Origin: Methanobacteriota archaeon
GTDB lineage: Archaea > Thermoplasmatota > E2 > DHVEG-1
DNA: 64,000 nt
Direction of reading: 5' to 3'
Assembly: GCA_963769885.1 (NCBI GenBank)
Contig: CAVYNH010000006.1
Location: 96,001-160,000, forward strand
The notes beneath the pieces are model-generated. The model did no database searches, was not told where the DNA came from, and saw only the letters and a program-made list of their open reading frames with translations. Positions 47,656 through 57,828 of the stretch are shown piece by piece (positions within the stretch are counted from its first letter, which is position 1; each line of letters starts with the position of its first letter). The position numbers and the translations under genes were made by a program.

Positions 47656-47971
47656 AGTACGAACCGGTAAGCCCATGCGTTATATATAGGTTTGCCATGG
47701 AGAACGGGAGGGGGAAGTGAGGAGAGACCGGACGGGAAGGTCTGGGAGAAAAACGCGCCTTGCTCTGGGAGGAAGGGGTGGTTTCCGTCCGGTTGTCGAT
47801 TGCCAAGACTAGGGATTGGGCCCGTGATATTTAAACCGGGGCGGGGGGTCGGTGAAACTATTTAAAAACTTTGTCTCAAATCTGTGCTTTCCCTCCTTTA
47901 AACGACGATCATGGTCCGTCCGTGACCGATGAAAGTATTCGATTCAAAGGGAACGCGGCATGCTCGGTTTA

Positions 47972-48682
47972 TCAAAGTAGTTTCCGTAGCTCTCGGCAGA
48001 TGTTTAGCAGGAATAAAAGGGGATGGCCAGCCAAGGGGCTTCCGGGGAGGGTGTAGGGATGGATTCCGGGTTTCGTGATGTTGGTGATGTTGCGGTTCCC
48101 GGCGTTGTCGTAGACGCGGACCTGATAGTTGACGGTGCAATGGGGCACCGGGCTAATAACATACTGATACGGGGCCTCAGTGTCGGTGAACTGAAGGCTG
48201 CCATTGCAATAGAATTCCACTCGGTTGATACCGCTTATGGCGTCGTTAGCGTTTGCTGTGATGATGCGCTTCTTTGTGAGAATCCCTTGCTGCTCGATGG
48301 AGACCGTGGCTGTGGGCGGCGTCCAGTCGATTTTGACGGGTGGTAGCATGGTCTGGTTGTAAATCCATTGGCCTCCACTTTGTGTGGTGGTGTATCGCCA
48401 TTGGAACGGGTAAAGGTCGCTTTCGTTCTTGATGGTGAACAGTCCGGTGTAGGGGACCCAGGATCCTGAGGAGCGGTATTGGATTTCGAGGACGAAACCT
48501 GGGTCGTACTCGAAGGTGACGTTGATGCGGATGATCCAGTGATTGTCGCCAAAGATGAAGTCGAACACGGGGGTGCAATCGCCTGAGGTTCTGGTGGTTG
48601 GGGTGCTCGTCACGGCTGGGAGCATGGGGGTGCTGAGAAAAAGGACGGCTACAAGTAGAGCACATTTTCCTGTGTGTATCAT
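47972..48682 (-). CDS. Exported Ig-like domain protein
   Basis: Signal peptide, KIDWTPP, SGINRVEFYCNG...DTEAPYQY, VYDNAGN, amphipathic C-terminal helix. Confidence 0.78.
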   Translation of the reverse strand: MIHTGKCALLVAVLFLSTPMLPAVTSTPTTRTSGDCTPVFDFIFGDNHWIIRINVTFEYDPGFVLEIQYRSSGSWVPYTGLFTIKNESDLYPFQWRYTTTQSGGQWIYNQTMLPPVKIDWTPPTATVSIEQQGILTKKRIITANANDAISGINRVEFYCNGSLQFTDTEAPYQYVISPVPHCTVNYQVRVYDNAGNRNITNITKPGIHPYTLPGSPLAGHPLLFLLNICRELRKLL

Positions 48683-48828
48683 GGATAAATCCTCCCTTTA
48701 CCTTGATACAATATCATTGTAAGGTTATTTCAAGTTTTTTACGTGTTTTTTGTAACTTTTTTCCTGGTTTCTTGAAGATGAGAAGATTTAAATAATCATT
48801 CCCGCATCCTTCCCACAAGGGATTTTTG

Positions 48829-49509
48829 ATGCGGGGACAAAAGAAAATAACTATCATCATCGCCATGCTCCTCCTCACCACCACGCCACTCGGCTATCTC
48901 TTCCTCGCCCAACGCGACCAAGCCACACCCGCTCTGCCGCAAACCCTGGAAACCATCACGACCACGGACGACACCCAAATCTATACCAAGGACCTGATCA
49001 GCGCCGGACCGCTGGAGGGCTACAGCCCGCTCACCGTCAGCTTCTACGGCAACCCCGACAACGACACCTGCATCACCTCGTACCACTGGGACTTCGGCCC
49101 CCAAGGCGCAGGCATCATCCAATCCGACATCTACACCCAGCTCACCCAACGACCCATCAGACTCCAACGACTCATCTCCATCATCGCCATTGCATCAGGC
49201 ATCGGCATCGGAACCGCCAGTCCACCCCTCGCCTTTGGGGCCATCGCCGCCTGCATGATCGCCCTGCTTCTCGTCTCGGTAAAAATGGAGGCACAGACCA
49301 GACTCCATTACAGCTTCCAATCAGACGACCGCGGCACCAGCATGGTCTTCCTCTACCCCGGCTCCTACTCCGCGACCCTCACCGTCACCGACGCCCAGGG
49401 CCACACAGCCCAGGACACCGTCTGGGTCATGGCCCTCAAATACCCACCCAACCCCCCGCCAGACTACGACACCCACTACCTACTGCATCAGATATCGAGA
49501 AGGACCTGA
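48829..49509 (+). CDS. Membrane protein with a PKD domain interrupted by a hydrophobic hairpin
   Basis: GYSPLTVSF...SYHWDFG, then an insert, then PGSYSATLTVTDAQG. Confidence 0.7.
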   Translation: MRGQKKITIIIAMLLLTTTPLGYLFLAQRDQATPALPQTLETITTTDDTQIYTKDLISAGPLEGYSPLTVSFYGNPDNDTCITSYHWDFGPQGAGIIQSDIYTQLTQRPIRLQRLISIIAIASGIGIGTASPPLAFGAIAACMIALLLVSVKMEAQTRLHYSFQSDDRGTSMVFLYPGSYSATLTVTDAQGHTAQDTVWVMALKYPPNPPPDYDTHYLLHQISRRT

Positions 49510-49901
49510 ACCCAGTACGGCGGCTGGTTGTGGACCTCGAGCATATGGTAGGTCACGGCCTTGACCTCCGTCCCCATCCGATACTTCTTCACGTCGTACT
49601 CGTCGCCGTAGACCGTCGCCGACAGCGCGGTCCCCGTTATTTTGACGTCGAACCGCCCGAACACCAGGTTCCGCGCCCCGTTTAAGAACACCAGCTCCGA
49701 CAGCCAATCCACCAACAGCTGCTCCAGCGACGGCGCCGCAGGAAGCGATACCGGAATCTTCAGCACCGGACGGATCTCAGAGTCATCCGTTATGATGTCG
49801 AACATCCCCTTCGCCACATGCGCGAACGCCTCATCGAGCGTCCGGCCGAACGCCCGGATGCCGACATCCGCGGTATGATTAATGAGCTCGTACTCCTTCA
49901 T
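49488..49901 (-). CDS. Archease
   Basis: YELINHTADVGIRAFG, EVKAVTYH, terminal LLDI. Confidence 0.93.
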   Translation of the reverse strand: MKEYELINHTADVGIRAFGRTLDEAFAHVAKGMFDIITDDSEIRPVLKIPVSLPAAPSLEQLLVDWLSELVFLNGARNLVFGRFDVKITGTALSATVYGDEYDVKKYRMGTEVKAVTYHMLEVHNQPPYWVQVLLDI

Positions 49902-50662
49902 AACCGCGCCTGCGCAAGCGACCGCGGACACGGACACGACAGCCCCGACGGCACCATCTCCAGCGCCCCTGCAAGCACCTTGGCAAGCATCGGCTCCCGC
50001 TGCGAATAAATCCTAACGATCTCTTCCGCATTCAACCGATGCTGCAGGCCGGCAGCCATATTGCACACCAGGCATATGGCGGCAAAACAAATCCCCTTCT
50101 CACGCGCCAACACCACTTCAGGCACCAGCGTCATCCCCACGATGTCCGCGAACGAAGAGAACACCCGGATCTCCGCCGCTGTTTCCAACCGCGGGCCCTC
50201 CGTCACCAACAGCACCCCCCGCCCATGAACCTTAGCATTGGGTTGCGTCTTCGCTGCCTTAAGAAGACACGCACGCAACGCCGGGCAGAACGGATCAGTC
50301 ATGTCCACATGCACCCGCGACTCATCAAAGAACGTCGACGGGCGCGACCTCGTCATATCGATGAAATCATGAGGCACGACGAAATCCCCAGGCTCAAACG
50401 ACTTCTTCAAGGAACCGACCGTCCCCACCGAGAGAATCGCCTCCACTTGACTCTCCGCCAAGGCCGAGATCGTCGCCCGGGCGTTCACCCGATGCGGGGG
50501 AAGATTGGCCTCCTCCCCATGGCGGTTGACGAAAAACAAGGTATGACCCTTCGCCTTCGCAATCCGAAGCACGACCGAGCCGTACGGCGTCTCAACCGTG
50601 ACCAACTCCGGACGCCTGATGAGCCCGGGAATCAAATGCCCGCTGATGATGCCGATGTTCAT
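49898..50662 (-). CDS. MTAP-family purine nucleoside (methylthioadenosine/methylthioinosine) phosphorylase
   Basis: VETPYG, RHG...PPHRVN, VGSL, TEGPRLETAAE, VGMTLVPEVVLARE, VCNMAAG. Confidence 0.9.
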   Translation of the reverse strand: MNIGIISGHLIPGLIRRPELVTVETPYGSVVLRIAKAKGHTLFFVNRHGEEANLPPHRVNARATISALAESQVEAILSVGTVGSLKKSFEPGDFVVPHDFIDMTRSRPSTFFDESRVHVDMTDPFCPALRACLLKAAKTQPNAKVHGRGVLLVTEGPRLETAAEIRVFSSFADIVGMTLVPEVVLAREKGICFAAICLVCNMAAGLQHRLNAEEIVRIYSQREPMLAKVLAGALEMVPSGLSCPCPRSLAQARL

Positions 50663-50766
50663 CCAGAACTCCTCTCAAAAGCAAAGACATCCCCTGTTCG
50701 TAAATTAACCTTTCTTCCGGCCCGTGAACAGCTTTTAGTACACCGCCCCCCATACCCCAGGACATC

Positions 50767-51438
50767 ATGAGGGTCGCTGTACTCTTCTCCGGAGGAAAGG
50801 ACTCCACCTATGCTGCCTACATCGTCCAACAATGGGGCTGGGACCTTACCCACCTGGTCACCCTCATCCCCCAGAACACCGAATCCTGGATGTTCCACTC
50901 CCTCAACCTCACCCTCACCGGACTACTCGCCGAAGCACTTCAAATCCCTTTCACATCGAAGACAACCAAAGGCCACAAGGAGGACGAACTGATGGATCTC
51001 GAATCACTCCTCAAGACGCTGCCCATCGACGGCGTCGTCAGCGGCGCCATCGCCTCCGAGTACCAGCGGACCCGCATCGAACGCGTCTGCGACCGCCTCG
51101 GCCTCAAAAGCTTCACCCCCCTCTGGCACAAGGACCAGGGACTCCTCCTGGAAGACCAGCTCCACGCCGGATTCAAAATCATGATCGTCGGCGTCTTCGC
51201 CGAAGGCCTCACCAAAGACTGGCTCGGCCGCCTTATCGACCCCGCCGCCCTCGCCACACTGCGCAGCCTCCACGAGACCACGGGCATCAACATCGCAGGC
51301 GAAGGCGGGGAGTACCAGACCCTCGTCCTCGACGGACCCGGCTTCCACGCCCCGCTCATCATCGACGAGCAAGAGACCCGCTGGGACCGCGACAGCGGCA
51401 CCATCCAGATAAAAAAAGCGCACCTGGGACGACGCTAG
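50767..51438 (+). CDS. Diphthine--ammonia ligase (Dph6)
   Basis: LFSGGKDS, SWMFH, GAIASEYQ, PLWH, GEGGEYQTLV. Confidence 0.92.
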   Translation: MRVAVLFSGGKDSTYAAYIVQQWGWDLTHLVTLIPQNTESWMFHSLNLTLTGLLAEALQIPFTSKTTKGHKEDELMDLESLLKTLPIDGVVSGAIASEYQRTRIERVCDRLGLKSFTPLWHKDQGLLLEDQLHAGFKIMIVGVFAEGLTKDWLGRLIDPAALATLRSLHETTGINIAGEGGEYQTLVLDGPGFHAPLIIDEQETRWDRDSGTIQIKKAHLGRR

Positions 51439-51755
51439 TACGTCAGGTAATGCAAGGCCTTCAACTGCTGCAGGAACAGGAACAGCCGCTGGTCGATATT
51501 CTCCTCAGCCGGGAACTTCTCCTTCACCCGGCCCAAAACATCCTTGACCGTCAACTGACCGTCAATCGTCACCCAGACGAACGACCCCAGGGCATCAAGG
51601 TTCGCCTCAATCTTGTTCTCCTTATGAAGCAGCTTGACGAATTTCGCCCCGGTCTTGCTCGTGAACTTCGGCACAGAAATCACGACCCGGTCCTCCGCAG
51701 TCGCCCGCCAGGGCCATTCCTCCCGACTCGGTCGATACGACAGAAACTCATCCAC
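51435..51755 (-). CDS. PqqD-family (RRE-like) protein
   Basis: NLDALGSFVWVTIDGQLTVKDV...RLFLFLQQL. Directly downstream of OPT. Confidence 0.78.
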   Translation of the reverse strand: MDEFLSYRPSREEWPWRATAEDRVVISVPKFTSKTGAKFVKLLHKENKIEANLDALGSFVWVTIDGQLTVKDVLGRVKEKFPAEENIDQRLFLFLQQLKALHYLTY

Positions 51756-51768
51756 GGTCGGCAGCGGG

Positions 51769-53817
51769 TTACCTCTCTTTCGTGTCTTTGGCGTAGATAT
51801 ACCTCAAGGGGATATACCAGAGGAGCGCCCCGATAAAGATGAAGACAAGAATGCTCGGCAGAATCGGCGGGAACTCAAAGACCTGGAAGTTCAACCCGAA
51901 CACGATGCAGAACGCGACCGTCACCCCCATCAGGGCCTCTCCAGCAATCAACCCCGCTGTCAGCAGCAGCCCGGTTCTTATAATCTTTTCTTTCGGTTTG
52001 ACATCCGTCTGTTTGATCGCCAGCTCCCACTCGCTAATCTGCTCCTCCTCCGCCGAGCCGTACTTCTTCGTAATCGCCCGATCGGTGAGGTACCGGATGA
52101 TGCCACCGAGGAAAATCGGCGTCGTGAGCGTAAACGGCAGATAAATCCCAATCGCCACCGGAAGCACCGGCAGATTAATCAGAATCAATACGAACGCCAG
52201 GACCATGCCGGCGATGACGAACGGCCAGACCATCTGACCACCCAGCACCCCCTGCACGATCCCCTTCATAAGGAACGCCTGGGGCGCAGGAAGATTCGTA
52301 CTCCCAATCCGGTACGCCTTATCCAAGGCCTGGACGACGAGCGCCAGAATCGGCGCCGCAGCCATGACCCCGATGATCTCCGCGATCTGCTGGTTCCGCG
52401 GCGTCGCACCAACCATTTGACCACACGTCAGCGACTGCAGCACGTCACCAGAAATCGCCGCCGCACAGCAAATCACCGCGGCGATGAGAATCGCGACCCC
52501 CGCCGCTTGGATATTCCCAGACAGCCCAAACCCAAGAAGGATCAGCGCCGTGATCAGTAACACCGAGACAGTCACCCCAGAAATCGGGTTATTCGAAGAC
52601 CCAAGCAGTCCGGCCATGTACCCCGCAATCGCGCTCGCCACGAAGGCGAACAGAACCGCGAAGACCGCCATGACCGCCGAGACCACCCACAACGAAGAAA
52701 TCCAGACATAGACCAAGAAAATCGGGATTGTCAACAGCCCGATCATCAAGAACACGAACTTGAAGTTCAGATCCTGATCCGTGCGCTTCTTCACAACCCC
52801 GCTGCCGCCACGGAGCCCCGCGATCGCCTCACGGATCCCACTAGCGAGGTTCGACCGCAGACGGAAAATCGTATACAGACCGCCGACAACCATCGTGCCG
52901 ACTCCAATATACCGAATATAATTCCCCCAGATGGCGAAGAATCCCCAGATCTGGTACCCCGTATTCGCATTCCCGAATCCTAAGGCCAGCGCATCGGTGA
53001 TATCCGAAGGCGTCGTCGGCGTCGGCAATCCGGTCGCAAGCGCGATGAGCGGTGCCAGGATGACCCAGCCGAGTAGCCCGCCAACGAAGACGAATGAGGA
53101 GATCTTCGGGCCGATGATCCACCCGACACCAAGCAGTGCAGGCGAGGCCGCAACCCCACCATAAAAAAACCCTTCTTTTGTGCCACCACCGATGTTGAAC
53201 TTCCCAATATCCGCAATACCGTGAATAGCGCCGCCGAAAATCTTTAAGCCCACCTGGCCGAATTTAAATATCGCAGCGACGAGTGCACCGACCACAAGCC
53301 AGATGCCGCTCACGCCGGATTCGCCCTTCTTCTCCCGGGCGACCTCCCCGCCGACCGTCGTGGTCAGCACCGCAGCGACCGCAACACCCTCGGGGAACGG
53401 CAAATCTGTCTTGATGATGAGCGCGCGACGGAGAGGAACCATCCAAAGGACACCAAGGATGCCACCGAACATGGCGATAAGCGTCGTCTCAACATAGTGG
53501 ATCTCCGTCCAGGTTCCCAGGAGGACCAGGGCAGGGATTGTGAAAATAACCCCAGCGGCGAGCGCCTCACCGGAGGCAGCGCCCATCATCCCCAGGTTGA
53601 CTTCAAGGATGGTACCTTTCAGGGGACGTAGGATGGCAAACGCCATGACGGCACCGGGAATGACCGCGGAGACCGTCATCCCGGCGTACAAGCCGAGATA
53701 CGCGTTCGCCGCACCGAGAATAACCGCGAGGATGGCTCCGACGAGCACGGCCTTAAGGGTGAGCTCAGGGATCGATTTACTCGCAGGAATGAACGATTGG
53801 AAGTCTTCGCGCGACAT
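51769..53817 (-). CDS. OPT-family oligopeptide transporter
   Basis: ELTLKAV, NAYLGLYAG, IFTIPAL, LPFPEG, GSSNNPISG, GATPRNQQ, LPAPQA, GLIAGEAL. Confidence 0.95.
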   Translation of the reverse strand: MSREDFQSFIPASKSIPELTLKAVLVGAILAVILGAANAYLGLYAGMTVSAVIPGAVMAFAILRPLKGTILEVNLGMMGAASGEALAAGVIFTIPALVLLGTWTEIHYVETTLIAMFGGILGVLWMVPLRRALIIKTDLPFPEGVAVAAVLTTTVGGEVAREKKGESGVSGIWLVVGALVAAIFKFGQVGLKIFGGAIHGIADIGKFNIGGGTKEGFFYGGVAASPALLGVGWIIGPKISSFVFVGGLLGWVILAPLIALATGLPTPTTPSDITDALALGFGNANTGYQIWGFFAIWGNYIRYIGVGTMVVGGLYTIFRLRSNLASGIREAIAGLRGGSGVVKKRTDQDLNFKFVFLMIGLLTIPIFLVYVWISSLWVVSAVMAVFAVLFAFVASAIAGYMAGLLGSSNNPISGVTVSVLLITALILLGFGLSGNIQAAGVAILIAAVICCAAAISGDVLQSLTCGQMVGATPRNQQIAEIIGVMAAAPILALVVQALDKAYRIGSTNLPAPQAFLMKGIVQGVLGGQMVWPFVIAGMVLAFVLILINLPVLPVAIGIYLPFTLTTPIFLGGIIRYLTDRAITKKYGSAEEEQISEWELAIKQTDVKPKEKIIRTGLLLTAGLIAGEALMGVTVAFCIVFGLNFQVFEFPPILPSILVFIFIGALLWYIPLRYIYAKDTKER

Positions 53818-53902
53818 AAGACAACCTACAAGAATAATATATTTAAGTATTTATAAAACTTCCCCATGTAATCTAACCCTTTTTTCAGGAGATACACGAG
53901 CC

Positions 53903-55150
53903 TCAGACCTCGACCGCGTACCGCAAAATCCCCGCGAGACCCCCAAAAGCACTATACAAGGATTCGCCCTCCTCGCTGCCCCGGGAAATCAAACGGACTA
54001 TTCCGTTCGTCTTCTCCGCCAGATCGGAGAGCTCATCGACCAGGTCGACCTTCTCCGTGATGACCATGGGCAGCTGGGACTTGCACATGGTGCAAGGAGG
54101 CGGCGAGAATGACTCCAGGGCATCCTCCGCTATCGTCTTCTGAAGCGTGAACGAACAGGACTGGCACTTCATCGTGACCCGATACCGCCGGAGATCCTCA
54201 GAGATCAACAGTGTGTCGACAACCCCCATCTCGAGGGCGCGGCGCACCTGGGGCTCCCCGTAGACCGCCAGGCTCTTCTCCGACTTCATCACCTCAGAGA
54301 GGAACCGTTTCATCACCTTCTTCTCCTTGGAGATCTTCAAGTCGGCCATGCGGCCGCCTGCGGAATCCACAAGCTCCCGCAGGCCGTACTCATCGGTATA
54401 CCCGGTGTCGAAGAGGTCGACGATCTTCTTTTGTAGCTCATAGTGCAGATAACCCTCCTCGATGAAGTACTGCTTCGTCGGCCCAGAGCCGCCGACGAGG
54501 ATCCCCTTGAGACCAGGCTCGTTCAGGAAGATTTCGCTGGCGCGCTCCCCGCATTTCACGAACCATTCATGGGCCGCGATCTCGGTGAGACGCTCGAACC
54601 GCCGCTGGGACTGACCACCACGCCCGTGTTTACCGGGGACCTGAGAGGTCATATACTTCAGCAACTCAATGTGATTGCCCCGCAGCATCCCGATGGTGCA
54701 TTCCCGGCGGTCCAACAACAGAAGGCCATAGATCTCTTTTTCAGAGAGCATCCCCTCGATGGGCTCAAGGTAGAACTCGGAGTCACAGCGGTACAAGAAC
54801 GTCGTTAGCGGAAGCGGCGGCTCGATGACGAACGCGACCATCTCCGTCTGGTCGCTGCCGATGCTCTTATGCCCGACGAACATCGCGAGGCCGTTGAGCG
54901 GCGGCTGCTTGAAGGGCTTCAGCCGGTTCATCAACGATTCAATCGCGGACGTCACGTTCTTCCGGGTCGTCTTGGACTTGATGTTCTGGGACTGGGAGAA
55001 CTCGTTGCGCAGGTAGGAGACCACATCGAAAATCTGCTTGGAGGCAGGGACGTACAAGGAGATCAGCTCCGTGTGCTTCCCACGAGCCTTCTTGAGCTCC
55101 TCAAGAAGCCGTCGTAAGTCGTAGATCTGCCGCTGGGTCAGCTCAGCCAT
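53903..55150 (-). CDS. prf1: Peptide chain release factor aRF1
   Basis: NIKS, YRCDS, GRGGQSQRRF, FGGLAGILRY. Confidence 0.97.
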   Translation of the reverse strand: MAELTQRQIYDLRRLLEELKKARGKHTELISLYVPASKQIFDVVSYLRNEFSQSQNIKSKTTRKNVTSAIESLMNRLKPFKQPPLNGLAMFVGHKSIGSDQTEMVAFVIEPPLPLTTFLYRCDSEFYLEPIEGMLSEKEIYGLLLLDRRECTIGMLRGNHIELLKYMTSQVPGKHGRGGQSQRRFERLTEIAAHEWFVKCGERASEIFLNEPGLKGILVGGSGPTKQYFIEEGYLHYELQKKIVDLFDTGYTDEYGLRELVDSAGGRMADLKISKEKKVMKRFLSEVMKSEKSLAVYGEPQVRRALEMGVVDTLLISEDLRRYRVTMKCQSCSFTLQKTIAEDALESFSPPPCTMCKSQLPMVITEKVDLVDELSDLAEKTNGIVRLISRGSEEGESLYSAFGGLAGILRYAVEV

Positions 55151-55212
55151 GGGTCACCCGCCCTCGGTACACAATCACAATCAACCTGAGAAGAAATCAT
55201 GGGTACCGCCTG

Positions 55213-56460
55213 CTACAACGGGAACGTTTCGCCGTTCATCGGCGCCAGCACCTCTGCCGTGTCCCGCAGGGACTCGATGAGCGGCTGGCGGTTGTCGCTG
55301 TGAAAGAGCACGATCTTCTCCGGTTTACACGCTTTGGCGAAGTTCACCAGCTCCGTATGCCCGGCATGCGCAGAGAAATCGAAGTACTCGACCTCACAGT
55401 CCACGGTCTCCACGACACCGTAGAACGCCATCTTTCCTTTTTCAAAGAGCAGGCGGCTGTTCGTCCCCTCCACCTGGTACCCCGTGAGCAGGACCGCGCA
55501 TTTCTTGTCGTTCTTCAGCTTCATCATATATGACATGATCGGACCGCCGTCCATCATGCCGCTGGAGGTGACGATGACGTCAGCCTTCAGCGCAAGCTTC
55601 CGGCCATGGTCGGAATGCACGAGGTTGACCTCTTTCATCGCCTTCTTCAGGTCCTTCGGGGACCGTAAATACTGGGGGTACTTCAGGAAGATCTTGGAGA
55701 TCTTCGTGCCCATGCCGTCGAACCAGACGTCCAGGTTTTGGTCCTTGAGCGCGATGAGGATCTCCTGCGAACGGGCAAGGGCGAACGCGGGGATGATGGC
55801 GATGCCGCCGCGGTCGACGACCTCATGGATCTTGTCGATGAACGCCTTCTCCATCTGCTGGCGGTTGACATGATCCCGGCCGGCGTAGGTCCCTTCCATG
55901 AACAGAACGTCGCACTTGACCGGACGCGTGCCCTTGACGAGATGGGTGTCGACGACGTTGAAGTCCCCCGTGAACAGTGTGGTCTTGGCGCCCTGAAGCT
56001 CGAACATCAACCCCCCGGGGATGTGCCCAGAGGAATGGAACCGGATCTCCGTGTCCTCGCCGATCTGCCGGGTCGTCCCCGGCTCCACCGGCATCAGGCT
56101 GTGCTCCGCCTCGCGCACATCATTACTTCCATAGGGAATCGAGTAGCCGTCCATCTGCGCGATCTTGATTGAATCCTTCTGCAGCAGATTACTCAGAGCG
56201 CCTGTGACTTCCGTGGCGTTGATCGTCTGATTCGACTGGGCGCACAGCCACGGGATCATCCCGGAATGGTCCAGATGCCCGTGACTCAAGAGCGTGAGGT
56301 CCACGGGCGGCGGCGGCAGGGGAAACGACGGCGGTTTGCCCGGCGCTAACCCATAATCGAAGAGGAACCGGCGGCGGTTATAGTCCAGCACCATCGCCAC
56401 GTTGCCCACTTCGTTACCACCGCCAAGAAATTGACAATTCAGCTGAGAAGACATACTCAC
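55213..56460 (-). CDS. Beta-CASP metallo-beta-lactamase ribonuclease (aCPSF2-like, no KH domains)
   Basis: SHGHLDHSG, GHIPG, FTGD, MEGTY, PAFALARSQE, GYQVEGT, FSAHAG. Confidence 0.9.
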   Translation of the reverse strand: MSMSSQLNCQFLGGGNEVGNVAMVLDYNRRRFLFDYGLAPGKPPSFPLPPPPVDLTLLSHGHLDHSGMIPWLCAQSNQTINATEVTGALSNLLQKDSIKIAQMDGYSIPYGSNDVREAEHSLMPVEPGTTRQIGEDTEIRFHSSGHIPGGLMFELQGAKTTLFTGDFNVVDTHLVKGTRPVKCDVLFMEGTYAGRDHVNRQQMEKAFIDKIHEVVDRGGIAIIPAFALARSQEILIALKDQNLDVWFDGMGTKISKIFLKYPQYLRSPKDLKKAMKEVNLVHSDHGRKLALKADVIVTSSGMMDGGPIMSYMMKLKNDKKCAVLLTGYQVEGTNSRLLFEKGKMAFYGVVETVDCEVEYFDFSAHAGHTELVNFAKACKPEKIVLFHSDNRQPLIESLRDTAEVLAPMNGETFPL

Positions 56461-56502
56461 TCTAGTTCCGTTTAATCTGGCACCGAAAAGAAGAGGGAGT
56501 TA

Positions 56503-57828
56503 TTAATTCTTTGGTGAATGCAAGGGTTGGACGTGCAGAAGCTGCTCTTCCTTGCGCAGAATCAGAACTTTTGTCCCCGGCTCAATCTCCACCGCCGAGG
56601 TCGCCAGCCAGTACTCCCCTTTATACCGCACGTACCCCGGCTTCCCGGGGGCCAGCAGGTCCAGCGTCACCGCCGTCTCACCCGCAAACACGCCGATTGA
56701 CGGCCGCTTCCGCCGGATCTGAATCACCTTATACAAGACAAACGCAAAGAACACCGCGAAGATGATGATCACCAAGAGCAGGATGAGGAACGCCGTCGTC
56801 ATGTAGTCACCGGAAATCAGCCACTCCCGGGTCGGATAGCTCGGGATGAGGAACACGCCGCCGAAGACCAGACAGATGATCCCGCCGATCCCCACCACCG
56901 TGAACCCCGGAGTAACATAGATTTCGACCAGGAGCAGAACCGCACCCAGAATTATAAAGATTATGCTGAGCGCCGAGATGCTAAACCCGATGCCCACCAA
57001 TCCCAAGAGGATCATGATGCCGCCGAAGACCTCCGCGCCATACCCCGGCGTCGACAACCCGATCAGCAACGCAAATACCCCCAGCATCAGTAACAACGCC
57101 GACAGGATTGGATTCGTCAACAGACTATACAGCCGCAGGGACAATGGACGCTCATAGGTCAGCTGCGGCGCCCCCGCCGTCTCCAGCGTCACCGTCCCCG
57201 AAACCACCGAGACATTACGCCCATCCAAAACCATAAGCAATTCTGGGATGCTATCAGCGAGGACCTCGACGACCCCCAGCTGCCTTGCGACAGTCGCATT
57301 CACATTCCGATTTTGCGTGATGAACTCCGCGGCTAACGTCTCGTTCCGGTCATACATCTGTGCCCGTTCCTGCAGCCAACCCACGAGAGCATTGATGGTC
57401 TTTGAATCATCGATGAGCCGTGTTCCGGTTATTCCGATTTCAACGGGCTGGCATGAGCCGATGACCGTATGGTTGGCCATGGCTGCCACGTGAGAACTGA
57501 GCAGCAGGAACGTTCCCGCGGACCAGGCCGCCGCACCGGACGGAGATACGTACCCGATGACGGGGATGGTGCTGTTCTGAATCAGACTGGCCATCGCAAA
57601 AGTCTGCTGCAGCCCACCTCCCGGAGTATTGAGGAGCGCGATGACCGCCTGGGCGTCGTGTGCCCTCGCATACGCCATCGCGTTAGCGAAGGCGTCGGCG
57701 GTCGTCTGATCAATCTCATCAGTGATGCTGACGAGGACCACGGGTCGCTGCTGCTGGGCGACCGCAAGCGGAGTCGCCAGTAGGACGGAAAAGAAGAGAA
57801 GAAGTAAGAGAAGAGGACCGCGTCTCAT
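56503..57828 (-). CDS. NfeD-family membrane-bound serine protease (stomatin operon partner)
   Basis: LNTPGG, AWSAG ClpP-like domain, TM region, C-terminal GYVRYKGEYWLA OB domain. Confidence 0.92.
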   Translation of the reverse strand: MRRGPLLLLLLFFSVLLATPLAVAQQQRPVVLVSITDEIDQTTADAFANAMAYARAHDAQAVIALLNTPGGGLQQTFAMASLIQNSTIPVIGYVSPSGAAAWSAGTFLLLSSHVAAMANHTVIGSCQPVEIGITGTRLIDDSKTINALVGWLQERAQMYDRNETLAAEFITQNRNVNATVARQLGVVEVLADSIPELLMVLDGRNVSVVSGTVTLETAGAPQLTYERPLSLRLYSLLTNPILSALLLMLGVFALLIGLSTPGYGAEVFGGIMILLGLVGIGFSISALSIIFIILGAVLLLVEIYVTPGFTVVGIGGIICLVFGGVFLIPSYPTREWLISGDYMTTAFLILLLVIIIFAVFFAFVLYKVIQIRRKRPSIGVFAGETAVTLDLLAPGKPGYVRYKGEYWLATSAVEIEPGTKVLILRKEEQLLHVQPLHSPKN

